From an uncultured Gammaproteobacteria bacterium (lineage in GTDB: Bacteria > Patescibacteriota > Microgenomatia > JAMCZE01), in NCBI GenBank assembly GCA_964609775.1, contig CAZSSJ010000002.1, forward strand, positions 19,260 to 83,259: a stretch of DNA of 64,000 bases. The letters are read 5' to 3'. Numbering within the stretch: position 1 is the stretch's first letter; each line of letters begins with the position of its first letter. The notes beneath the pieces are model-generated. The model worked only from the letters and a program-made list of their open reading frames with translations, was not told the origin of the DNA and ran no database searches. Of the stretch, positions 28,400 to 36,081 are shown one piece after another. The translations under genes and the position numbers were made by a program.

Positions 28400-29778
28400 T
28401 GACCAGATTTCTTTTGACTGTCAGTTTTGTCATTTTGACTCTCCTCTCTTGGGTCCTTCTGTTGCGTGACGAGCAAGCAATCACCGCCTTGGGTGACTTC
28501 TCTTTGCATTTGGGAACAACCCTAACCTCCTTTCGTCAAACCCTGCTTCATTATGGCCTCAACAGCCTCGTCAGCCTCCTTTTTGCCATGTGTGTCATCA
28601 TTGCTTTTGGGGCATACTTTCAAGCCTTGCGTCAAAAAATTTCTTTAAACCAAGCGTTGCTTTTCTCCGCCATCTTTCCGGCCATTGTCTTTTTCTCCTA
28701 CCCCGCTTTGTCTACGGACATCTTTGACTATATCCTTTCTGACCGTCTCGCCGTAATTTTTGGCGCCAATGTCTGGACAACGCCCCCCTCGGCTTTGATT
28801 CCTCCCGCCGATCCCTACTTTCAACTCACCAGTTGGGGATCCCAAGTAAATCCCTATGGTCCACTCAATCAGTTTTTCTATTTGCTTGCCGGGCTGGCCT
28901 CGATGAATAATTTCTGGCTAAGCTTAGCTGCCCATAAACTCTTGCCTTTAACTTTTCTTTTGGCTTCTTTAGTTGTCGTCTCTAAAACGTTACAAAAATA
29001 TTATCCTCAGTCACAAAGTCAAGGCATCATCCTTCTCTTTTGGAATCCTCTGTTCATTCTAGAAACAGCCGGTTCCGGCCATAATGATATCTTGTGGATC
29101 TTTTTTGCCCTAGCCGCTATCTATTTTTGGCTGGGAAAAAAATTTTTTATTTCCGGCTTGCTTTTAGCTCTAGCCGTCCAGGTCAAATTCATTCCCGTCA
29201 TCCTCTTTATATTCTTGCTGGCCTCGTTAACAAGCAAGGAACGGCAAGGTGCTTTGCAATTTGCCGGTGCCTTTATAACAGTAAACATCCTGGCCTTTTT
29301 ATACTTAGGCTCAGCGGTGTTTCCCTTTCTAACTAGGCTGGTTCTGGGAGCAAGCATCTATTGGCAATCGCTGCCACAACTTGTCCATCCTCTCTACGGC
29401 CAGGAGAAAATCTTCTTCACCACCTCCTTCTTACTATTATTAACGTCCGCTCTTATCCTTGTTCTCAAACAACGAATTACTCCGCTGCTGGGATACGTAG
29501 TGGTCATGTTCTTCTACCTACTCCTCCTGACCTCCGTCTATTGGAACTGGTACATCCTCTGGATCCTCTTCCTAATCCCTTTTCTGGGCAAAACCCGTTT
29601 GACTCGTCCGATCCTCATCTTTTCTGCCACCTCCCTTCTTGCCTACCCGCTCTATTGGCTGTCGCTCCGCTTTGGTTTCGGCAGTCTCTCCTGGCAGGTT
29701 ATAATATATCTGTTTATTGCTTTGCCCCCACTGGCAAGCTTTTTCCATGAGAAAATTATTCGACGACCACAAGACTGA
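28399..29778 (+). CDS. Polytopic membrane protein, GT87/DUF2029-like GT-C candidate
   Basis: TAATG 1-nt overlap. Motifs: YPALSTDIFDYILSDR and ETAGSGHNDILWIFFALAAIYFWLGKKFFISGLLLALAVQVKFIP. These resemble my recollection of PimE-type DUF2029 proteins. Confidence 0.35.
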   Translation: MTRFLLTVSFVILTLLSWVLLLRDEQAITALGDFSLHLGTTLTSFRQTLLHYGLNSLVSLLFAMCVIIAFGAYFQALRQKISLNQALLFSAIFPAIVFFSYPALSTDIFDYILSDRLAVIFGANVWTTPPSALIPPADPYFQLTSWGSQVNPYGPLNQFFYLLAGLASMNNFWLSLAAHKLLPLTFLLASLVVVSKTLQKYYPQSQSQGIILLFWNPLFILETAGSGHNDILWIFFALAAIYFWLGKKFFISGLLLALAVQVKFIPVILFIFLLASLTSKERQGALQFAGAFITVNILAFLYLGSAVFPFLTRLVLGASIYWQSLPQLVHPLYGQEKIFFTTSFLLLLTSALILVLKQRITPLLGYVVVMFFYLLLLTSVYWNWYILWILFLIPFLGKTRLTRPILIFSATSLLAYPLYWLSLRFGFGSLSWQVIIYLFIALPPLASFFHEKIIRRPQD

Positions 29779-31252
29779 CCTTCTTGTTTTTGGGGGATTA
29801 ATTCTTGCCTACTTTCTCACCCGGCTTCCCCGCTTGGATCTCATCCCAATCTTCACTGACGAGGCCATCTATCTTCGCTGGAGTCAGATCATGGCCTATG
29901 ATGCCTCGCTGCGCTATCTGCCTCTGGTCGACGGTAAACCACCACTTTTTATGTGGGCTACCTCTATTGTTCTTAAACTGTTTCCGAGTCTTGACCCACT
30001 GCTTTCTCTCAGATTAACTTCGGTCGGGGGTGGCCTCTTTTCCATGGCCGGGATAATTTTTACCTCGTATGTGTTTTTTCGCAATAAACGCATTTCTTTG
30101 CTGGCGGCCTTGCTCTATCTTGTCGTCCCCTTCACATTTTTTTATGACCGCTTTGGTTTGGCCGATAGCCTTTTGGCCGCCTTTGGAGTCTGGAGTCTTG
30201 GGTTGGGGGCTTTGCTTGTCCAGTCGATCCGCCTTGACGTGGCACTGATACTTGGGACGGCGATTGGCTTAGGACTTTTGACGAAAACCCCGGCGCTATT
30301 TTTCCTCGTCACTTTGCCGTTGCAACTCCTCCTCTTTAATTTCAAAACCAGTGGATGGAAGATTCGACTTGTGAAGTTATTTCTCCTGTTTTTATTGGTC
30401 GTAATAATTTCCCAAGCCATCTTTTCGATCCTTCGGCTTTTCCCCTTGTTTCATATGATTTCTCAAAAAAACTTGGAATTTATCGTTACTCCGGCAGAAT
30501 TTCTCGCCCGGCCCTTCGAATTCTTTTTTAACAATCTCAAAACATTGCTCACCTGGGAAGTTGGCTACCTCACTGCCCCTGTCGCTTTGACCATCGCTTT
30601 TGCCTTTCTTAGAGGCCAGGCCGTTAAGCAAAATCTCATTCTGGCAGCCATCTTTCTCATCCATCTGCTTTATATGTCCACCTTTAACAAATCAATTTTT
30701 CCCCGTTTCTTGCTCACTTTCACTCCGGGCTTGTTGGTTTTGGCGGCCGTCGGGCTTGACCAAATGTCAACTCGTCTTCGTCCGTCATTACTCGTCTTGG
30801 TCTTTGTCCTCGTCCTGGCGCTCCCAGTTTATACCGATTTCAAACTTCTAACCGATCCTCCGACTGCTCCAATTCCCGATGGCGATTCCAAGCAGTACAT
30901 CAACGCCTGGCCGGCCGGCTATGGAGTCAAGGAAATTCGCCAGTTTTTGGCCCGGGAAAGTAGCCAATATCCAAAAGTGACTATCGGCACCGAAGGCACC
31001 TTCGGGCTTATGCCCTATGCCCTGCAGCTCTATCAAAAAGACTACCCTAATGTCGAAATCAAAGACTATTGGCCCTTGGGAGAGACAGTGCCGGCAGCAT
31101 TATTGGAAGCCTCGGCCAACCACCCCACCTACTTCATTATCTACCAGCGGCCAGATGTGCCCCCGAACTGGAAGCTGCGTTTGGTCGCCTCCTTCCAGCA
31201 AGGACGAAGTAATGACTATCTCCGACTCTATCAGATTTTACCCGAAGATTGA
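29747..31252 (+). CDS. ArnT/PMT_2-like GT-C glycosyltransferase (divergent)
   Basis: Start chosen at ATG 29747 (MRKLFDDHKTD). Motif: LTRLPRLDLIPIFTDEAIYLRWSQIM...DGKPPLFMW. Polytopic, with a soluble C-terminus. Confidence 0.55.
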   Translation: MRKLFDDHKTDLLVFGGLILAYFLTRLPRLDLIPIFTDEAIYLRWSQIMAYDASLRYLPLVDGKPPLFMWATSIVLKLFPSLDPLLSLRLTSVGGGLFSMAGIIFTSYVFFRNKRISLLAALLYLVVPFTFFYDRFGLADSLLAAFGVWSLGLGALLVQSIRLDVALILGTAIGLGLLTKTPALFFLVTLPLQLLLFNFKTSGWKIRLVKLFLLFLLVVIISQAIFSILRLFPLFHMISQKNLEFIVTPAEFLARPFEFFFNNLKTLLTWEVGYLTAPVALTIAFAFLRGQAVKQNLILAAIFLIHLLYMSTFNKSIFPRFLLTFTPGLLVLAAVGLDQMSTRLRPSLLVLVFVLVLALPVYTDFKLLTDPPTAPIPDGDSKQYINAWPAGYGVKEIRQFLARESSQYPKVTIGTEGTFGLMPYALQLYQKDYPNVEIKDYWPLGETVPAALLEASANHPTYFIIYQRPDVPPNWKLRLVASFQQGRSNDYLRLYQILPED

Positions 31253-32910
31253 AAGTTATGACCCGCAAGATCTGGATCATCCTCCTGAGCATTGTCCTTC
31301 TGGGTGCTTTCCTTCGTTTTTACCTGCTTGGCAAAATCCCTGCCAGTCTTGACTGGGATGAAGCCTCCATCGGCGACAATGCCTATTCACTTTTAAAAAC
31401 CAGCAGCGATGAATACGGTAACCGCTTCCCGCTCTCCATTCGCTCTTTCAACGACTACAAGCCCCCCCTCTATGTCTATGCCACTATTCCCAGCATTGCC
31501 CTTTTTGGCAAGAATGAATTTGCCATCCGTTTCCCTTCCGCTTTCGTCGGTACCCTTTCAATTTTAGCAACTTTTCTGCTGATTCAACAACTTCTCAACT
31601 TCCGAAGGGAGAAAAATTCATTGCATTATTGCATTATTGCATTATTGATTTCTTTCCTCTTGGCCGTCTCTCCCTGGCACATCCAGTTTAGCCGGCTCGC
31701 CTTTGAAGCCAATCTCGCCCTCTTTTTTAGTCTCTGCGGGTGGCTGTTCCTCACTAAATTCATCTCCCAGGGGAGATGGTGGCCCATTATTCCATCGACA
31801 CTAAGCTACGTGCTTGCCCTCTATAGTTATCACAGCGCCCGCCTGGTAGTTCCTCTTTTTCTTTTAGGAATCGGATTCTACTATCACCGAATATTATTTG
31901 CCCGGATTAAAACGGTCCTTGTTGGCCTGGGTCTTGCTATAGTCCTCCTCCTGCCTTTAGCCCTGTCCACACTTCAGACGACAAGCCTGCAAGCCCGCTG
32001 GGGCGAGGTGAGCATTTTTTCTTCAGCGGGACTGCGCGATACCGTCAAAGTCACCCTCGACGCCCAGCAAGAATATTGGCGGCAAGACAAGCTCCAGGGC
32101 GATCGCCTGGCCCGGCTGATCCACACTAAATTTATCTCCTACAGCCGACTGCTGGCCAAAAACTACCTCGACCACTTCAATTTCAGTTTTCTTTTCCTTG
32201 AAGCCGATGGCAACGGTCGGCACCACGCTCCGGGGATGGGCCTTCTCTATCTTGTTGAGGCGCCGTTCCTCCTCTATGGAGGCTATCTGCTTCTTAGGAG
32301 GCGCCCGACCTACTCATTTTTTCTTGTGTGGGCTTTTCTCGTCGCCCCCTCGGCTGCCAGCCTGACTGCTGATACCCCCCACGCCGTCCGCTCCCTATCC
32401 TTCCTCCCCAGCTTTCAAATCATCACCGCCTTCGGCCTTTACAGTCTGTTGTCAAAAGTCAAAACTCTTTTCCGAGGGCCACTGCTACTTTTGATCAGTC
32501 TTCTTTTCCTGGCTAATTTTTACTACTTTTTCCACCAATATTTTGTCCATTTCGGAATCGAGCACGCTTCTTCTTTTCAATACGGCTACAAGGAGATGGT
32601 CGCCAAAGTCCGCGCCCTAAGTGGAGAATTTGACCAGATCTATGTCACTGTGAAATATGACCAACCCTACATCTATTTTCTTTTCTATGGCCACTCCGAT
32701 CCCAGAATAAAAAATGACGGGACCTTCCAACTAAGCTTTGATAAATACCGTTTTGTCAATTGGGGAGAACTGACAAACGAGCAAAAATCTAATTTGAGCC
32801 CGAAAATCTTGGCCGTCCACGCCCCCGATGACTTTTTTAGCCCCCATGTCATTCTTGACAAGATCTATTACCCGGACGGGAAAGTTGTTTTCGTCCTCAG
32901 CCACATGTGA
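31249..32910 (+). CDS. PMT_2/GT39-like GT-C glycosyltransferase (array member 4)
   Basis: TTGA overlap (alternative ATG at 31258). Motifs: LDWDEASIGDNAYSLLKTSSDEYG, FNDYKPPLYVY and C-terminal YDQPYIYFLFYGHSDPRIKNDG. Confidence 0.65.
   Translation: MKVMTRKIWIILLSIVLLGAFLRFYLLGKIPASLDWDEASIGDNAYSLLKTSSDEYGNRFPLSIRSFNDYKPPLYVYATIPSIALFGKNEFAIRFPSAFVGTLSILATFLLIQQLLNFRREKNSLHYCIIALLISFLLAVSPWHIQFSRLAFEANLALFFSLCGWLFLTKFISQGRWWPIIPSTLSYVLALYSYHSARLVVPLFLLGIGFYYHRILFARIKTVLVGLGLAIVLLLPLALSTLQTTSLQARWGEVSIFSSAGLRDTVKVTLDAQQEYWRQDKLQGDRLARLIHTKFISYSRLLAKNYLDHFNFSFLFLEADGNGRHHAPGMGLLYLVEAPFLLYGGYLLLRRRPTYSFFLVWAFLVAPSAASLTADTPHAVRSLSFLPSFQIITAFGLYSLLSKVKTLFRGPLLLLISLLFLANFYYFFHQYFVHFGIEHASSFQYGYKEMVAKVRALSGEFDQIYVTVKYDQPYIYFLFYGHSDPRIKNDGTFQLSFDKYRFVNWGELTNEQKSNLSPKILAVHAPDDFFSPHVILDKIYYPDGKVVFVLSHM
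31620..31647 (+). repeat. Octanucleotide tandem repeat (TTGCATTA) x3 plus flanking partial copies, inside a CDS
   Basis: Read directly: a ttgcatta ttgcatta ttgcatta ttg. It encodes LHYCIIALLI. The unit length is not a multiple of 3. Confidence 0.9.
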
Positions 32911-34478
32911 CTAGGAAAGTAGTTTTTTTCTTAATCATCGTTCTTGCCGCCCTGCTGCGCCTGGCCTATCTGGCAGGAGCCCCCCCGAGTCTCAATTGGG
33001 ACGAGGTCTCGGTCGGTTGGAACGCCTATTCTCTTTTAACAACCAGCCGTGACGAATATGGCCAGTCCTTTCCTCTCTCCATTCGCTCCTTCAACGACTA
33101 TAAACCTCCCCTCTACACCTACGCGACCGCTGCCGCCATGGCTCTTCTTGGCAAAACTGAGATTGCCGTCCGGTTGCCTTCCGCTCTGGCCGGCCTTTTA
33201 ACGGTGGTTTTAATTTTTTTCCTTGGTCGAGTGAGCGGGCTGGGTGGCAAAGCGAACTTCCGTTTTGCCTATCTCTCCGCTTTCCTTCTGTCCGTCTCCC
33301 CCTGGCACATCCAGCTTAGCCGTATTGCCTTTGAAGCCAGTCTGGCCCTCTTTTTTTTCCTCTTTGGACTGGCCTTGATACTTTTCTATTTCCGTCACCC
33401 CACCACAAAGCTGCTGGCCATCCTCAGCGCTACCGGTTTTGTTCTGTCAACTTACGCTCACCATAGTGTCAAGATATTTCTACCGTTGTTTACCCTCCTC
33501 TTTGCTGCGGCTTACCGTCAACAAATTACTAAAAACTGGCCCAAACTACTTCCTGCCCTTGTCATTGGCGCGATCCTTCTTCTACCTCTAGGAAGAAACA
33601 TGCTCTACACCTCTGGTCAAGCCACCCGGGCACTTACGGTGAGCATTTTCGCCCCGGAAAACCAATTTCATTTCCAGGGAAAATCAACGCTGCAAGTTTT
33701 GACGGAAAACTATCTGTCTCATCTTGATCCCGCCTTCTTGTTCTTTGGCCGGGGTGACAATCCCCGGCATCACGCCCCAGATACAGGTGTTGTCCTCCTC
33801 TGGACTGCCCCCTTTATCATTCTTGGTCTAATTTACCTCATCAGACACCGACCAAAATATCTCGCGCTGCTCCTAATTTGGTTTGTCCTATCGCCCGTCC
33901 CGGCGATTCTCTCCATCGACAATCCCCACGCCAGCCGCTCCTTTCTCAGCCTCCCCATCTACGTTTTTCTCACTGCGCTGGGAATACTGTTTCTTGCCAA
34001 GCGAAGAGCGCTTGCCGCTTTGGGCATAGGGTTGCTGTTGGTGTTTAATCTGCTCTATTTCTTCCATCAATACTTTAGCGATCTGTCGATAAGAGATGCC
34101 CCGGCTTGGCAGTATGGTTATAAACAGCTTGTCGAACGCCTCGACTCTGTCTCTTCTAGTCGCTACCGGAAAATTTATGTCTCCACTGCCTATGACCAAC
34201 CCTACATTTATTTTCTTTTCTATGGCCACTCCGACCCATGGATAAAAAATGACGGCAGTTTTTCCCAAGCGTTGGGAAAAATCTCTTTTGTCAACTTTAA
34301 AAATTGGAGGCAATCCGATTGGGACGCCCTTGACGCTGACGATCTATTAGTTCTAACTTCAACTGATCCCCAAGATGGCTTAACAATCATTGAGGAGATA
34401 AACTATCCCGATAGTCAGGTTGCTTTTCGAATTACTCAACCAATCTCACGCCATGGCGTAATTTTGATTACACCCTAG
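32907..34478 (+). CDS. PMT_2/GT39-like GT-C glycosyltransferase (array member 5, recent duplicate of 31249)
   Basis: GTGA overlap. Motifs: LNWDEVSVGWNAYSLLTTSRDEYG, FNDYKPPLYTY and YDQPYIYFLFYGHSDPWIKNDG. A 47-nt stretch differs from the copy in gene 31249 at only 2 positions. Confidence 0.65.
   Translation: MTRKVVFFLIIVLAALLRLAYLAGAPPSLNWDEVSVGWNAYSLLTTSRDEYGQSFPLSIRSFNDYKPPLYTYATAAAMALLGKTEIAVRLPSALAGLLTVVLIFFLGRVSGLGGKANFRFAYLSAFLLSVSPWHIQLSRIAFEASLALFFFLFGLALILFYFRHPTTKLLAILSATGFVLSTYAHHSVKIFLPLFTLLFAAAYRQQITKNWPKLLPALVIGAILLLPLGRNMLYTSGQATRALTVSIFAPENQFHFQGKSTLQVLTENYLSHLDPAFLFFGRGDNPRHHAPDTGVVLLWTAPFIILGLIYLIRHRPKYLALLLIWFVLSPVPAILSIDNPHASRSFLSLPIYVFLTALGILFLAKRRALAALGIGLLLVFNLLYFFHQYFSDLSIRDAPAWQYGYKQLVERLDSVSSSRYRKIYVSTAYDQPYIYFLFYGHSDPWIKNDGSFSQALGKISFVNFKNWRQSDWDALDADDLLVLTSTDPQDGLTIIEEINYPDSQVAFRITQPISRHGVILITP
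34448..34459. promoter_or_regulatory. Perfect 12-bp palindrome ACGCCATGGCGT, copy 1 (candidate operator or insertion scar)
   Basis: Read directly. It lies in the last 31 nt of the GT39-like CDS and 16 nt beyond the stop of the minus-strand gene. An identical copy sits at 35146-35157. Confidence 0.4.
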
Positions 34479-35122
34479 ACACCGAAGTATTTTCGAAACT
34501 GTTCATCATTTTCAATCCTTTCAGCCAGAATTAATCGGACCTCGCCATTAATTCCCAGGAAACTTCGGAGAAACTCGACTTGAGTCTCGCAAGGATAGGC
34601 ATGAATATAGACACTTTCCTGAAGTGGATAAAAGCCTGCGCTCCGAAGAATCCGTTGAAATCTGTCTCTGATTGACTTTTTGCTACTTTTTATATCGTAG
34701 AAAACGAGCCACCATTTATGATCCCATTTTGACGGTGGATCAATTTTCACCGATTCGATCGCAAACTGAAGAACTTTTGTTTTCCCCTTTTCCGTGATTT
34801 TGACAGTTTGGTAGTCTCCCATACCCTCGGTCTCAATTATTTTTTCCCTTTGTAAACGTCTAATTGTGTTTTGTAAATAGCGGCGGTTAAACAATTTCCA
34901 GTCATCCCAATCAGACCTATCTGGTTGAAAGAAAGTGAGCAGGCGAGTGCTTCGGGGTGAGGCGATGGCTAAAGCCAGACTAGAACCCGCTGCTAGAAGC
35001 AAGAGCACTTTTTTAATTTTTTCGTTACGCTCTCGGGCTTTGCTAGTGACCAGTTGTTTTAAGAGAAAATCACTCAGCTCTTTAGGTAGATCATGGGGAA
35101 GTGTCTCAGAACGGTTATCCAT
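34475..35122 (-). CDS. Membrane-anchored wHTH plus Cas2-fold (PaaX-like) putative transcriptional regulator
   Basis: Only minus-strand gene inside the locus. One TM segment (VLLLLAAGSSLALAIA). wHTH-like YLQNTIRRLQREKIIETEG..VKITEKGK. C-terminal WWLVFYDIKSSKKSIRDRFQRILRSAGFYPLQESVYIH fits the Cas2/PaaX_C ferredoxin-like pattern. Confidence 0.5.
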   Translation of the reverse strand: MDNRSETLPHDLPKELSDFLLKQLVTSKARERNEKIKKVLLLLAAGSSLALAIASPRSTRLLTFFQPDRSDWDDWKLFNRRYLQNTIRRLQREKIIETEGMGDYQTVKITEKGKTKVLQFAIESVKIDPPSKWDHKWWLVFYDIKSSKKSIRDRFQRILRSAGFYPLQESVYIHAYPCETQVEFLRSFLGINGEVRLILAERIENDEQFRKYFGV

Positions 35123-35128
35123 AAGATG

Positions 35129-35137
35129 AATATAGCA
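35129..35137 (-). promoter_or_regulatory. Extended -10 element TGcTATATT for the minus-strand regulator (leaderless geometry)
   Basis: The reverse complement of 35129-35137 is TGCTATATT. The 3' end of the hexamer is 6 nt from ATG (35122). No Shine-Dalgarno sequence lies between them. Confidence 0.35.
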
Positions 35138-35145
35138 CCAAACCT

Positions 35146-35157
35146 ACGCCATGGCGT
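35146..35157. promoter_or_regulatory. Perfect 12-bp palindrome ACGCCATGGCGT, copy 2, at the -35 position of the regulator promoter
   Basis: Read directly. It starts 9 nt upstream of the extended -10 on the minus strand. The flanking bases partly repeat the copy 1 context (..TGAT.A.A.CC). Confidence 0.45.
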
Positions 35158-35308
35158 TTTAATGATGATAACCGATTTTGTTAAACAATTAAAAGTTTTT
35201 AATCAAATCGGGGGAATTGAATTATTAAACTTCATGAATGCCTTTATGAATGTCATTTCCAAGCAGGTGAAATTCCAGAGCGTTCTGGAGAATTTTGACC
35301 AGATACTG

Positions 35309-35317
35309 TGTTAGAAT
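35309..35317 (+). promoter_or_regulatory. Extended -10 element TGtTAGAAT upstream of the GT2 gene at 35326 (near-leaderless geometry)
   Basis: tgtTAGAAT ends 8 nt before ATG 35326. TTGACC at 35295-35300 is only 11 nt upstream, so it is not a normally spaced -35. No SD sequence is visible. Confidence 0.3.
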
Positions 35318-35325
35318 CTTAATAT

Positions 35326-36075
35326 ATGTCTAGCAAAAAGCCTAAAGTAATTGTCGTCATGCCGGCATACCACGCCGAAAAAACAATTGAAAAAACCTTT
35401 GCCGAAGTGCCGAAAGGTTTGGTCAATGAGATCATCCTTGTTGACGATGCCGGCGGCGACAAAACCATCGCTATTGCCAAAAAACTGGGAATCACTGTCT
35501 ATCAGCACTCTCACAATTTAGGTTATGGCGGCAACCAGAAAACTTGCTATTGGGAAGCCCTCAAAAGAAATCCCGACGTGGTCGTCATGCTCCATCCCGA
35601 CTATCAATATAATGGCAGCAAGATTAAAGGTCTGGTCGATCCAATTTTAAACGGTGACTATGACATGATGTTCGGCAGCCGAATCAAAAGTCGGGGCATG
35701 GCCCTGACCGGGGGAATGCCCAAGTCAAAATATTTTTCCAACCGCCTCTTCACCCTGTTTGCTAATATTCTCCTTGGCGAGAATCTCTCCGAGTACCTAA
35801 GCGGGCTTCGAGCCTACAGTCGGAAGTGCTTGGAAAGTGTGCCCTACCAAAGATTTTCTGACGACTTTGCTTTTGATCAACAGTTCACCGTTTCCGCCAT
35901 TGCCAAAAATCTTCGTATTGGCGAAATTCCCATCCCGACACGCTATCATGTCGAGCAACACACCCTTCCTTTAATTAGTTTTCGAGGAGTCAAATTTGTT
36001 GTCGAAAGTTACTGGATCATCTTTCTCTATCTTCTCCGAAAAGCAAATGTGTATAAAAGCAAAATTTTCGACTGA
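35326..36075 (+). CDS. GT2, DPM1-like polyprenyl-phosphate sugar synthase candidate
   Basis: Motifs: VIVVMPAYHAEKTIEKT, ILVDDAGGDKT and VVMLHPDYQYNGSKI. One C-terminal hydrophobic segment (FVVESYWIIFLYLL). Confidence 0.65.
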   Translation: MSSKKPKVIVVMPAYHAEKTIEKTFAEVPKGLVNEIILVDDAGGDKTIAIAKKLGITVYQHSHNLGYGGNQKTCYWEALKRNPDVVVMLHPDYQYNGSKIKGLVDPILNGDYDMMFGSRIKSRGMALTGGMPKSKYFSNRLFTLFANILLGENLSEYLSGLRAYSRKCLESVPYQRFSDDFAFDQQFTVSAIAKNLRIGEIPIPTRYHVEQHTLPLISFRGVKFVVESYWIIFLYLLRKANVYKSKIFD

Positions 36076-36081
36076 TCGTTT

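Noticed and set aside
34475-35122. Cas2-like C-terminal domain as a hint of a CRISPR-Cas locus.
   Set aside because: No repeat-spacer array and no other cas gene is present in the window. The domain is fused to a TM segment and a wHTH, as in PaaX-like regulators.
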